DNA of 64,000 nt. Source: Eledone cirrhosa. Lineage: Eukaryota. Location of the stretch: positions 330,646,001 through 330,710,000 of the forward strand of contig OZ024740.1 of NCBI GenBank assembly GCA_964016885.1, given 5' to 3'. Below the pieces are notes generated by a model. The model was not told the origin of the DNA and did not search any database. It was given only the letters and a program-made list of their open reading frames with translations. Made by a program: the position numbers and the translations under genes. Shown here in pieces: positions 43,784-59,485 of the stretch (its first letter is position 1; the number at the start of each line of letters is the position of its first letter).

Positions 43784-44410
43784 ACATTGGCAGTTTATGA
43801 AGATAAAGCAAGAGGAAAGTTTAGAGTAGTCAGTGTATGAAATAATCTCACGTGTAACATGCACGCGTGTCTTATTTATACAGGATTAGAGTGCGGCAGA
43901 TTGTTACTTGTAGAATCAGGCAGTTAAAGCAGGCAATCAATATTATTATGTGGACCGTATTGTTAAATCATTTTTTCGCATACACCTGTATGATATACAA
44001 TCCTGAATGTAGAGAAACACCAAAATATCAAAAATATCAAACATATCACAAAACATATTATAAAATAGGCAAAACAGCACCACTGTCTTCGCACACATCA
44101 CCACTCACACAATCCCTGAAACGCAATATATAGACTACAGGTCTATCACACAATCCACGATGATTCAGCATTGGGTGTCTGGTGAGTCAAGTTATAAACC
44201 ATATCTTGTCGTTTCTTACTTTGATTAATAGATCAGGATGTTTTAGTTGTGTGAGATGACATTGCATATTCCGGAAGTGTGCGTGTGACTAAGGGGAGTT
44301 AATGCGTAAGGGGAGGTAACTAGCTGATTTTCATAGTTAAATTTATTATCTTAAATTACATTAATGGTGTTTCAAGTGAGTCCCTATCATATGAGGTTAT
44401 AACCAATTTC

Positions 44411-45079
44411 TAAATTAAGTTACTTATCTATAAATTACAGTGTAGTCTATTAAGAAGTACTAAAGGTGTTCATATCAGGATGATTACCTTCTATTATGGT
44501 GTGCCACACCTGAACATTCTATAAGAAGAGTTAGACCTCCAAATCAATGATCTTTGTAAGTGTATTCCACCCGCAGGACCTGGCAGGGTCTTATTACTAT
44601 ATATGACTCCCGGTATGCTCTGGGTCATTGTATGTCTGAATTCTTGGCAAATTTAAATATCACCAGGGTGGTCCGGAGATCAATTCTCTCATATAAAGAC
44701 CCTAATCTGGCCATCAAGCAATACATAAACTCTCAACTCATATATAAATTAGGTTTCTTATCTATAAATTACAGTGTAGTCTACTAAGATGTATTAAAGG
44801 TGTTCAAATCAGGGTGATTACCTTCTATTATGGAGTGCCACACCTGAACAATCTATAAGAAGAGTCAGACCTCCAAATCAATGATCTTTGTAAGTGTAGT
44901 CTACCCGCAGAACCTGGCAGGTTCTTATTACTATATAAGACTCCCGGTAAGCTCTGGGTCATTGTATGTCTGAATCCTTGGCAAATTTAAATATCACCAG
45001 GGTGGTCCGGAGACCAATTCTCTCATAGAAAGACACTAATCTGGCCATCAAGCAATACAGAAACTCCTAACTCATATAT
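44411..45079. repeat. Tandem duplication of a 334-bp unit
   Basis: ttatctataaattacagtgtagtcta at 44424 and 44758; colinear through ctcatatat. Confidence 0.9.
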
Positions 45080-45449
45080 CACCTGTACAAAATTCATTGT
45101 ACTCAGCATATATAGTATATAGTCCCTTTAATAATAAATTAATTACTTAATCATCTATCTATCCTATGGTGGCACTCCATGCACAGGACTATGTTAGCAC
45201 AACCAATACAGTACCTACAGTTTACATTAATCATATATTTGTGCAATGTAGTCCAAGTAATTCAAGGCCAATATATCAGAAGTAGAGGTACATGGGGGTA
45301 TCTCCAGGGTAATGGTTACTATAAGGGTGCCACTATTTGCGTTAGAGTGTATAAATCGGTGTGGAGATGAGGTGTAAGGTGTGCCACTGGTGCTGATTGC
45401 TAGAGGTGGTGACAGGTTCAAGTCTGACATTGTTATATATAGGGTTTTA

Positions 45450-45775
45450 AGTTTTGGAAAGAGTGTCGGAAGCGGTGTTGGCAAGATGCGAACACTCTGA
45501 TATTTTATTAAGGAGATTATGGTTAGAGAAGATGATAGTATGGGTCTCTAGTAGACAGAGGTTAAAAAAAAAGTAGGTGGTTTGTACGATGTCGCAATAC
45601 CTACCACTTCCCATTTAAGTGTATATAGTTTATTTTTAGTTTTTAGATAGTGTATGTAGCTAGATAGTGAAGTGGCTAGACTGTGTTTTTTGAAAGAGTT
45701 GAGGTGCGAATTGTATCTAGTTTTGAAGCAGGTAGAAGTAGAGCCTATATAGGTTTCAGAAGAGTTGTTAGTTGT
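45450..45775 (-). pseudogene. PLE GIY-YIG C-terminal fragment (not in ORF track)
   Basis: Manual translation YIGSTSTCFKTRYNSHLNSF...TSLSSYIHYLK...LKWEVVG..TSYKP...NLCLLE. Confidence 0.75.
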
Positions 45776-45792
45776 TGTATATATATATATAT

Positions 45793-47984
<2,192 letters not shown>

Positions 47985-49330
47985 GTGTGTGTGCGTGTGT
48001 ATTTATTTAATTATGTATGTATTACACATTTTATTTTTCCCTTACCCGTTCCTACCTTTTCTATCCACCTATCTATAAATGATTGCTACATACTCAAGTT
48101 TATTTTCCTTTTCTCTTGCCTATTCTCTTCACTCACCACTAATCAGGCATTCTGAATCAACACCCGGTGCAAACTTTACGCTGAATTCATTGCCTAACTT
48201 ATTGATTTGAAGCTAAAATTTCATTGTCAATGAGAGAGCAACATAAAGGACAACCGCTGTTGCAGTCTTCGTAATAAGATCACAGCTTGAAAGGCTTTTT
48301 GTTTCTTCTTCACGCCTATAATAATGTCTACTTTATAAGAATACGTTTATTGCTCCCCAACCTTGACTGGAAAACCTGGTAGCCATTTTGAGTTTTTCTG
48401 GGAAAAAGAGGAAATATTACATAAGATGTCCTCCGCTACTTTATAACTGAGAAAATGATTGGTTGGATAACACTTTTTTAATTATATACCAGCTTGCCTA
48501 GACATGTCCGTGAACTAAACAAAAAAACAATAGCCGAAGGTGGTATATGAGACAATTTCTTCCCTAATACATTTCTTAGCCTATGAAACAAAACAAAGCA
48601 TTATATGTAACTCGCCTTCCGATGGTTTTCCTTTTTTGTTTTTACTTACCTGTGAATCTTCTTTACACAGGGGCAAGCATTGACACGTTCTCCTATTCTA
48701 TAATATTTTTTGTAGTCTTTGATCTATCAGCGCATTGATCACAGTGTATCATACGGCTTATAAATCTCTCAACACATTATTTATTCAACTCCAATTTATT
48801 TATCATTGACTTGCTACCTACTACTGAAATGAAAATACCAATGATTCAATCTTCTACATCTTAAATTACAAGGGCCCGAATTATCAAATTCCTCAATTCT
48901 GTCGAACATCTCTGAAGAATTATCGAGTAATTGTTGTCGACAGTTTCAAATATACCACCTTGTTCATGATTGATTTCTATAATGTCTAAGTGAAAAACAT
49001 TCAAAATAAAAGAAAACAAAATCTTTTTTTTTTCGCAGTGCTTCAAATGTTACTACTTTTTATATTCTATGTACACACACTCACCTACACGCATACACAC
49101 ACTCACCTACACGCATACACACACTCACCCACATTTTCTAAATGTTTATTTATAAACATACCGTATTTCTTTAGAAATACGAAATTCCAATACATATTTG
49201 TATACAGTTATGCTCGAAGCTAAATTCTAATTCTATTCTATGAAAAGTTGATCCAACTTATACAACTTCATATGGAAATGAGATTAATCACCTCATTTAC
49301 ACAGACTAGAAAATGATATATTTTTGCCAG

Positions 49331-49438
49331 CAGTTGCAAGAGCGGGAGGAATCGTCTTGAGAAATAGTTCAATTCGAACTGCATCGACAATAGTCCCCCT
49401 TGCTTCTGCTGGACACCGCCAGGTGGGGATAGCTGCCG
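49331..49438 (+). CDS. Candidate internal coding exon (phase 1-1, 108 nt)
   Basis: Acceptor ttttgccag|, donor CCG|gtatgt, one open frame (VARAGGIVLRNSSIRTASTIVPLASAGHRQVGIAA), locally GC-rich; no homolog recognised. Confidence 0.3.
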
Positions 49439-49970
49439 GTATGTTTGCATAGCTACGGCTTTCTAAATATTTATCAGTAAACATACCGTATTTCTTTATA
49501 ATTTATTTTCATTGCATGATTTTAAAAACACGATGTTTCCTAACTTGCAATGACGTGAATGTAATCATTTCCACCCTTCCTCTATCAATGCGTGTATACA
49601 TAACATACTGCCATTGTAATTCTGCGTGGGCACTTCTGATAGCCTGGTGTCGTTTTCCATTTTAATCTTATGAGTTGAAATCTTATTTTGCTAGCCTTTG
49701 ATTTTCATCATTATAATGTCCATATGTTGTGCATTGAGTATCACTGCAAGTAGTCGGATTATTGGATACAATGTCTCATGGATTTTGGCTACAAACTTGT
49801 GGACAATACGTGGATATTTAGGCCGGCGTCATCTTTTCATTAAAATCCTCTCTGGGTATAATGAAACAAATCAATTTACAGATTAATTTAACTTGTAACC
49901 TAGTAGTAGTAGTATTAGTAGTAGTAGTAATAGTAGTAGTAGTAGTAGTAGGAGTAGGAGTAGTAGTAGT

Positions 49971-50004
<34 letters not shown>

Positions 50005-50916
50005 AAGAAAGCGTACAATAATTACAGTATGATACTATCATAATTAAGTGGGCCATTATGGACTATTTGCAGGAAATTGACTCATTAGTTCGTAGGATAG
50101 AATGCTTCGCATACACGTTGTGGTTCACTACACACTGATGTCAAATCATTCTCATATTCTCCCTGTTAAATACTGGGATTTATTATTTTTCCTGACTTTG
50201 TCTCTCTTTATTTCCCCACAATCTTCCCTCTCATTTCTCTCTTACTCTCTCAATCTGAATTTCCAACACTTCAGGGTCTCGTTCAGCAGAAATGAAGTAG
50301 CAAAGAGTTAGTTATTACTTCTCATTAGGAAAGGTTACATGCTGCACTAACCATCCAATGTCGATCGGATGTACACCATAGCACAAAATAATAAAATCAT
50401 ATGTTAACGTTTGCACTAATACAGCATTAGTTTGTATAAAAACACAAATATTTAGAAAGAGGTATTTGTAAAGTTAAGGTTAAGATGACAAAATAATTTA
50501 AAGCATGGAATTCAAACTCGAACACAGCATGTGTCAGCGGTATCTGCAATTGCCAATTCATTATTAACAACATTCTTAAAAGACTCTGAAAATCAAAATA
50601 TGAATTCAGGGTTTGTGAAATTCTAAGAACAAAGACACGCCCAGTTAAACGCCGAGAGAAAACAAAACATTATCTCTTGTAGTGAAACAACTTATCATGG
50701 AGCAAATTAAGACAGTTACCTGGTCGTCAACATTTAAGGCGCTCCATTTGTATACACCACAGCAAAATGTTTGAAACATTAAATAACGGTCTATAGGTAA
50801 GAATATTGATTCAGTCTCCTGTGACATACATGATACGCACTAATAATTTATACAGATGAGAAAAGACTCGTGGATTGATATTCTATTAAGGCGCAGGAGA
50901 AAATGATTTTCAAATT

Positions 50917-51044
50917 TCTTCTTCTTCTTCTTCTTCTTCTTCTTCTTCTTCTTCTTCTTCTTCTTCTTCTTCTTCTTCTTCTTCTTCTTCTTCTTCTTCT
51001 TCTTCTTCTTCTTCTTCTTCTTCTTCTTCTTCTTCTTCTTCTTC
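50917..51044. repeat. (CTT)n microsatellite
   Basis: Direct reading; source of the poly-K/R/L ORFs. Confidence 0.95.
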
Positions 51045-51427
51045 CCCACCCCTTGCACAGCCTCTTCCATCTTTTCTCCAGCCTCATCAATCAAGTCATT
51101 CGTCACCCTTTCCTCCTCCCCATCAACTACTTGATATATATGGTATTAAATAAGACCCACCACCACCACCACTTTCAACTACAAACTGAGACACCTATAA
51201 ATAACCAGAACTGACCAACTGTGTCTGACAATCCTGATGATTTCATACGAATGAATCATTTCTAGTCCTGTACAAATCATTTCTCAATATAATAAATATG
51301 CCTATTCTCTACAAATATACTGAGTACATTATTTTGTGGTTACTCCGGCCAAAACTCGTGAATATATATATATATATACTCGTGATATATATATATATAT
51401 ACTCGTGAATATATATATATATACTCG

Positions 51428-51472
<45 letters not shown>

Positions 51473-51479
51473 GATATAT

Positions 51480-51521
<42 letters not shown>

Positions 51522-51918
51522 TATATATATATATATATATGAATGTATGCTTGATGATATACTCTATAGTTATTTATTTATTTATATGTTAATGTGATTT
51601 CTCCATGTGATCGCTGACAGACATCGTATATATGTATATATGTATATAAGATGTGCCGCAGCAGTTAGACAATTTTTCACTGATGAGCTCTTAATAGAAC
51701 GAAGTTTTTTTAGAATTGCGAGCCTATTGATAACGATGCGAATTACACTACACTGTTGCAAATATTTAATTATCTGCAATGCGTAGTGATTGTCTCCTTG
51801 TGCGAATACAAGCAGTTCATATTTTGTTTACTTTCATTCCCAAAATTTATGTTGAAATTTAAATTATGTAAACTATTTTTTTCGGCTTACTATATCGAAG
51901 CATAATTATAGGAATATA

Positions 51919-52088
51919 CCGTGTTTTCCGAAGTCGAAGGAGCTGCTTTTTACCTAAAATAAGTGTAAAAAATCTACTATGCGTCCTGGAGGCCGAAGGT
52001 TGTTTATAATTTTTTTTTCCAAATTTTTGGTTTTCAAAATTAGGGTGCATCCTCGAGGACGAAGCGTCTTCGGCGCCGGGAAATACGA
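51919..52088. mobile_element. pogo/Tc2-type MITE
   Basis: TA|CCGTGTTTTCCG ... CGGGAAATACG imperfect TIRs, internal gcgtc/gcatc repeats and aaaattagggtgc subterminal motif. Confidence 0.6.
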
Positions 52089-52685
52089 AAACCTTGCTCC
52101 AGCCGGATCGATCTAGTTACATTTAATATCCAAAACAACTTCCTAATCACTTGGTATTGATGATGTTCTTTGAAATATGTTGACACAATTTAAAATACGA
52201 AAAATATATTCAAAAGGATGAGATATGGAAACATCTATATAAAATATTTGACATTACGAAACAAATAAATGTGATTAGTTAAAAACATGTATAAAAACAC
52301 AAACCAAAATTTATGTCAGATTAAGAGCTTATTTAACATAAATACTGTTAGTGTTACTAGGACAGGCCTGAAGCAAATGATGAATACCTGAATAACGGCG
52401 TCATCGATAATTTTATATTAGAGATGAAACAAGATATTTCAGTTTTACATAACTTTGATAGGTTACTTAAGCACAAACACAAACACACTTCCCCATATAT
52501 GTGTGTGGGTGTATGTATATGTATGTGTATATGTGTGTATGTGTATGTAGAACAAGACATGCGATAATTAAAGACGCAAGGTGATCTAATATCATGGAAA
52601 TATATTTTAATCATCAGGAGAAACTGGTTTAAAATCAATATTATTTCACCATAAGCCCCAAATCAGTCAAACTCACACGCATACA

Positions 52686-52747
<62 letters not shown>

Positions 52748-55169
52748 TGTATGTGTGTGTGTGTGTGAGTGTGTGTGTGTGTGTGCGTGTGTTGTGAGTA
52801 TGTATGTATTTATACAACATTGTTTTTTTTTAAAAGACAGAACACTGCTTGCTTCCGGTATATAGATGCAAAGGAATTGTATTTCTTGTGTGGCCTGTGG
52901 AGCCGATTATTATAACTCTTTTCAAAGACGTCTGTATGAAACAATCAGGCGTACTTTTCTTGTAGGTTAATGTATGTAGGTTAAATATATAAATTACATA
53001 TAATAAAACATATTTAACCGGAGGTCTGTCTGGTGAGGCGGGATTAAGTTATGGTGCATGTTTGTCATTGAAAGCCTTTGTGAGATGATTAAAATCCCAT
53101 AGTAAACAGAAATGAATAGAGTCTGAGTTAATGAAAAAGATGTATGCTCGTTGAAGGGGATGAACGCACAAAAATATAATAAAAGATTAGAAGGAAATAT
53201 GAAAATGTTTTATAAACATGTACACATATATATATATATTCATTTGAGATTGGGTCTCCAGTTAAGCGTATGTGTGTTATGTGCTGAATACTTTCGTGAT
53301 AATTTGGATTATTATTGAACCTTAAGATATTTTTAATGAATGCAAGATATACAACCACTTTTTACTTCGTGTCTTTATTAGCTAACCCACTATTGAATAT
53401 ATGATGTAAAAATGGAAAGATATTTAAATTTCTAATGTGGCCGTCTATTATATCCTCGGATATTTTAAAGTTTTAATACTGATAAAGGGAGAAAGTAATA
53501 CAAAATGAGAGAACAGAGAAAAGCGAGGAAGAGGAGACAACAAAAACAACAAAACAAACGAAATGTTTAAATAATTAATACTTTGATTTTCTTTCAACTA
53601 AAATATTTAAATTTTAATGATATCATTTGTTTTATGGATGGTAGAGATGTAAACTGGTTGAAGCATATCGTTTTACATTACACAATAGGCTGAAAGAAAC
53701 GAGATATGAAAATATATTCATTTTACTACTTGCACAGATACAAAACTTGAAACAAATTAATAATTAATTTATTTCAAAGGTAACTTTATATTTTTTAAGC
53801 CTTGATTGTCGAAATTAAATTACCATAAATTATGCAACCTATTAAATAATAACAATATTTGTGTCGTTCGTTTCAATATTGTTGTGACTTCTGGTACGAC
53901 ATTTGTGGGGATTGTGTTACTACCTGTAACCTTAGAGAATCACACGATTTCAATAATCCATCAAGTACACAAAAGCCTTCTTCTGATCTTCCTTTTTTCC
54001 AAGAGTCACATCGTCTGTAGAAGTTCTACAAATCACTTCATTCCAATCTCATGTATCTATCTGTCCATTCCATTACTCACACTCCGATATACACTGATTA
54101 TCACAAACACAATCTTTACAGATTTCCTGTTTCAAATTATTCCAATCTCAATGTTTTAAGGGTTGTAGAATTTTACTTTTTCATTTGCTTTCTTCACTAT
54201 CCTAGTAATGAATACGAAGGAACAAACAATATACAAAGTCAATTTATTTTGCCTATTAATGTAATGTCTGGTTCTTATGTCCCGTCTTTCTCTCTGTTTG
54301 GATTGGACAATCTTCATAATTTTCACTAATTTTCGACTAAGCGTACTTTATGGTTGTACGACTTATTTCCTGCTACAAACTCTCAGTTCTGTTAAAACTT
54401 CCACTGAAACCGTTTCCGAACTTGATCGTTTCTCCATTGCTTATATTCTTCCTGGTTTAAATTGGAGCAATTTGCATCAATGTCTATCATTGTTTCATTC
54501 CATATTTCACATATTCTTCATTTTGCTGACACCACCTATTCCATAAATATTTTTTCTCAAGCTGTGTATTTGCAGTCATTGACGTTGAGCTGCTAAAATA
54601 TGACTTCCTATTTATTTGTCTTTTTATTTATATATGTTTTGTTTCTTTCTCAAACATACCAGTCCAGAGGCTTTCAAGTTGTGACCATACATATGTTTCC
54701 CTTAAATCTATTTAGAATACCCTATTTGCATTACGTTTTGGTTCTTTTCACTCTTTCTAGTTATATTTCTGTGCTCTTCTGCAAATAATCAAATAAATTA
54801 AATAGTTAAACCTCTTAATCTGGATCCCACTTCTAACACAATATATTGTCAGTGGCTTCCTAGTTTGTTGTTGTTTTTTTTTATCGAATCTCGTCATTTG
54901 AATCCGCAATCCCAGCTCCATATCTGACAACGATCACTGCTTTTCAGACAACCTCTTGGGGTAAACGAGACCGATAGGGCGCACATGGAGCCTGAAATGT
55001 CTTCAAATGCGCACAGCTCTCAGCCAATCGAGCAATATGATCGGTGGAAAATCCAGGTTGAGGATTGATGGGGTACATAAATCAAGGAAAACAAGCTGGA
55101 GAAACATTCGTCTAGCAAACTGTGACGATACCTGTTTCATATCAAGGGAAAGTTGGAAATAATATCCAG

Positions 55170-55356
55170 TAATAATTGTTTCTAATTTTTGCACAAGGCC
55201 AGCAATTACCTAGTGCATTATTGGGATTTTATTTTATCGACCTCGTTAGGATGAAAGGCAAAGTTAACCTTGGCGGGATTTGAACTCAGAATGGCAAGGG
55301 CCGTAACTATATTCGTCAAAGCATCGTGTCCGACCCTCTACCGATACTGCCAATCC
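55170..55356 (-). mobile_element. tRNA-derived SINE, full length
   Basis: Reverse complement of 5017-5206. Confidence 0.85.
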
Positions 55357-55419
55357 AAGACCAGTGAGAAGATGCACAATCTGAAATCAGATGGCGGTAG
55401 GTTGTATCAACGGAAACCT

Positions 55420-55860
55420 TAGGCGGATCGTAGCCTAGTACAACTCTAAATTAGCATCATGACCACTATTATTAGACTGGGCATATACTTGGTGAAATAA
55501 GATGATGCATTCACTTTGAATCACAAACAACAAACCCACTAAGTATTTATATGAAAATGCTCCATTAAAAAGAGGTTTTGAAACTGCCCCAACATGAAAA
55601 GCTACTACAACATACCAAAGCGAGGGAAGCAGGGACAATTATCTCGACCAATAACAACTGTAGAATATCTTACATGGGAACTTCAGTAAAGGGATGCGAA
55701 TGGAGACAAGGACCGACAAATATACATCAGAGATAGAAGTGACACTGGGCTAAAGCATAAATAAAGGATGTAATGCATGCTGCAACACACCAGAATATTG
55801 CAGCTAGATTCTATTATATCAGCGATGGAAGAGATTTAGGGTACAAGCTGCGGTGACTGT
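55420..55860 (+). pseudogene. Highly decayed RTE-like LINE 3' fragment
   Basis: Broken translation YLTWELQ*RDANG...YIRDR.DTGL resembles the RTE C-terminal LWEP.HG...GR...YID.L..DTG motif. Confidence 0.35.
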
Positions 55861-56359
55861 ATGAATTCTTTGCCGAAGTTTCCTTTTCTATTTGCCAATA
55901 ACTGGTGAAGAACGAAACCTTTCACAGGCACAACAAGTTAGATACGAGACTGTACAGGAATGTATGTATATATATGTCACAACCTCATAACAAGTGAGTA
56001 ATTGAACGATATCACTACTCTCTAGGAAATTTCTAAGACATATAGTAAGATGAGAGTAAATAAGATTGACTTCACCCACCATGGAGGACTGGCAATATCA
56101 TCCGAAAAAAAATATTACGGAAGAACAGAGCAAGTACAACAATCAAGAGATCGAAGTGATGGACAGAAAGATCGGGTAAATTGGGGAGATAGAGATAGAG
56201 ATAGGGAAAAAGAGTGAGATGGGTGTCTTTAGTTTTGTACAGCTAAAAGGAAAATAATATCTTCTTGATTATATATACATATATAACGAAGGAAGTGTGG
56301 TAAGGAATGAGAAATAGCCGTCGAAACGGCATCAGATCTGCCGTCCGGATCTTGGACAT

Positions 56360-56399
<40 letters not shown>

Positions 56400-56424
56400 T
56401 TATTTATATATTAATTAATTAATT

Positions 56425-59400
56425 TATTAAAATAACAGATTAAAGTTTAAGCAAAGAATCGCTGCTTTCACCCTTAACGGGATCTTCTGCAACTAAACAA
56501 GTCAATCTATGAACGCAGAAGTAAATATTTCAAAAAACGTTGCAACCGAAGGAAGACAGGAAGGCGATACTTTGGTTCGTGGAAACATTCCCTGGCAAAG
56601 AACGAAAAAAAAAAAAGGTAATACGTCATTATTTGGAGCGGTGAAAACAATTACACGCAAAGACAATACCACGTTTATGGTATAAAAGAAGTCGTAGACT
56701 AATATTCTATTAGGGGGTTCATGGAGACGTTCACTGGCAATGAACGGAAAAAACGAGGATAATACGTAATTATGTGTACCGATGAGAACACTTACACGCA
56801 TAGACAAAACCACGTAAATGGTATAAATGAAGTCGTAGACTAATATTCTATTAGGTGGTTGATGGAGACGTTCTCTGGCAATGAACGGAAAAAACGAAGA
56901 TAATACGTCATTATGTGGACCGATGAGAACAATTTCACGCAAAGACAAAACAACGTAAATGGTATAACTGAAGTCGTAGACTAAAATTCTCTCTAAGAAA
57001 CCGAATCATCCTCGGCTTCAGAGTTAAGAATAAAGTAAATAAAATACAGAGGTAATTGAAATTAAGTATATACATACACACATCCATATACGTACAAACA
57101 CAAGCATTCGCAAAACACTCGCCATGGGTATACAAATAGAAGCACGTACACAAAAAATCCCGCAGGCACATACAGAACCCACGCAACGCCTATAACTGCA
57201 CACATACGAACGTATACACCAAATACACATAAAAATATATATAAAAATATATATATATATATGTGTGTGTGTGCATGTACACACATAATTAAATAAACGT
57301 ATATAAATAAATAAATACGTATATAATGCGCGCACACACATACCTACATGTAAATACACATATGTACGCAGACGTACCTCGCCAAAACACTAAGTACACA
57401 TCCCACACAGCCTACATACGTACGAACCCGCATACTCACACAGACGCAAACCTCACGTATACACATAACCAAATGCACATGTACCAAAATATATAATATA
57501 TAGTCCATAACATATACAAGCAAATATACGTACCTTCACAAAATATACAGGTAATATATACTTACCTATACAAATAAGTAATGGTATAAACATAACATAT
57601 ACTTAGCTACCACATCAAGACGTAAAATATCCGCGTATTGTCCGTACTATCCGTTAGGGTATAATGTGGGGCTGTAATACAGGAAGGTTTTGTGCAATTT
57701 ATGTTTACAAGCCGAAATTGCCTCATAATTTTTGTTTAAGATGTGGTCTTTGGCGTAGAGTATTTCCAGGGCCTCAGCGGCGCAGAGGTCTCATGGTCTT
57801 TATTTCCGTTCTACGATCTAGCCCCAGCTAGGATCTCCCAGTGTAACTTATATTGGGTGTGGTTGTCTTTTAGATTCCAGATATAAGCTGAAAGTGACGT
57901 CATATTCCTTCTTAGAGGGTAACGTAAATAATGGGTATGCATGTAAAGACGCTGCTTGAATCTGTTGGCGGTTAACTCTATGTAGGCCCTACGGGACGTG
58001 GGTGTTTCAACCTTACATTTGTAGACAATGCTACTAGAGAGGCATTTCCCGGATAGTGGGCAGTCAACCCGATTCCTACAATTACAGTTAGTACTAGCTG
58101 CAGGGTTGCACGTGTTCCTAGGCCTAGGTAATTTAGCTAAATTTGAAGAAGTGATGTTATGTGCAAGGTTAGGAGTCGTAGAGTAAAATATTTTAATGGT
58201 ATTTCTATTAAAAATGTTATTATATTTATGTGCTGAAGGGAAATACTTCTTAATAAGGGGGGAAAAGATCTTAGCTAATGGTGTGGCCACCTCCATATTA
58301 TATAGTGGGATATACCATATAATGCATCGGGATCTATTTTTCCTTGGTTTATGCTCATACTTAGTATATGCTACCTTATCGACAAATCCATTCCGAGCAA
58401 GAGCTTCATTGTAATATGTGGAATGGTCGTTGAAAATATGCTCGTTTGTAGATAGATGGGAAAGCCTCAAAGAAACGTTTCTTACCAGGTTCGGCTTTCT
58501 ATACGGGTAGTGCAAGCCATTCGAGAAATTTAGGGTAACGTCGAAGTAATTAACGACCGAGAGGTTGGCCTCAACATATATGGAGAGGTTGAAGCCTTTA
58601 AAGAACGTGGGCCGCACTTTGTCATGGTCAAAAACCATCATCACGGTACAAACCACCGCCCACGTTGGGGAATTCTTCCTTGATAGAGAAAAGAAGGAAA
58701 AGGCCGATCGTTGGCGCCCATACTCACGTCGAATGGGGTACTATTAGATTTTTAATCCAAATAGAGTCGTCGAAATTAATCACCGACTTACGGGCATTGA
58801 GGATGATATCAATTTCGAAATCCTTAATCTTTGTGAGTGTTTTAGCGAAATTGAGAGCTCTAAGGAGAAGTGGTAAAGTGAAGGATAGGTAGTAATTATT
58901 GATGTCGAATTGGATAAAACGGCAAGTTACTTGTTGCATATGCCGTTGAACCAATCAATCACCGCGAAAGAATTGTTCCACAGGCAAAATCCTTTTACTA
59001 AGTCTACCTAAATCGTTTTTTCCGTTCATTGCCAGAGAACGTCTCCATGAATCACCTAATAGAATATTAGTCTACGACTTCATTTATACCATAAATGTGG
59101 TATTGACTTTGCGTGTAATTGTTTTCACCGCTCCAAATAATGACATATTATCTTTGTTTTTTGTTCGTTCTTTGCAGGGAACGTTTCCATGAACCAAAGT
59201 ATCGTCTTCCTGTCTTCTTTCAGTTGCAACGTTTTTTGAAATATTTATTTCTACGCTCACAGATTGACTTTTTTAGTTTAAGAAGATCCAGTTAAGGGTG
59301 AAAGCAGCGATTCTTTGCTTAAACTTTAATCTGTTATTTTAATAAATATTTGCTCTACGGTTCTTATATATTTGATATATATTTATCCTTATCGAGCCCT

Positions 59401-59432
59401 CTTTCTATTTTAGTATTCAAATTTACTATTAT

Positions 59433-59440
<8 letters not shown>
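56425..59440 (-). mobile_element. 5'-truncated PLE with inverted pLTRs
   Basis: QFDINNYY, NYFDVTLN, YRKPN, CNCRNRVDCPLSGKCLSSSIVYKC..AYIELT..FKQRLY.H; 56425-56755 is the reverse complement of 59010-59345; HHR-like motifs at 56444-56494 (-) and 59275-59325 (+). Confidence 0.9.
56575..57000. repeat. Three tandem ~141-bp units inside the pLTR
   Basis: ggtataa..gaagtcgtagactaa at ~56680, ~56820 and ~56961. Confidence 0.85.

Positions 59441-59481
<41 letters not shown>

Positions 59482-59485
<4 letters not shown>

Noticed and set aside
50840-51214. Poly-K/R/L ORFs (also KIKI/FYFY at 43388-43864)
   Set aside because: (CTT)n and (AAAAAT)n repeats.
53790-54850. Possible decayed LINE endonuclease on the minus strand (VIISVYRS)
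   Set aside because: Only one short motif amid many stops; insufficient support.
56575-57000. Regularly spaced repeats resembling a CRISPR array
   Set aside because: Whole 141-bp units repeat with no unique spacers; eukaryotic context and no cas genes.
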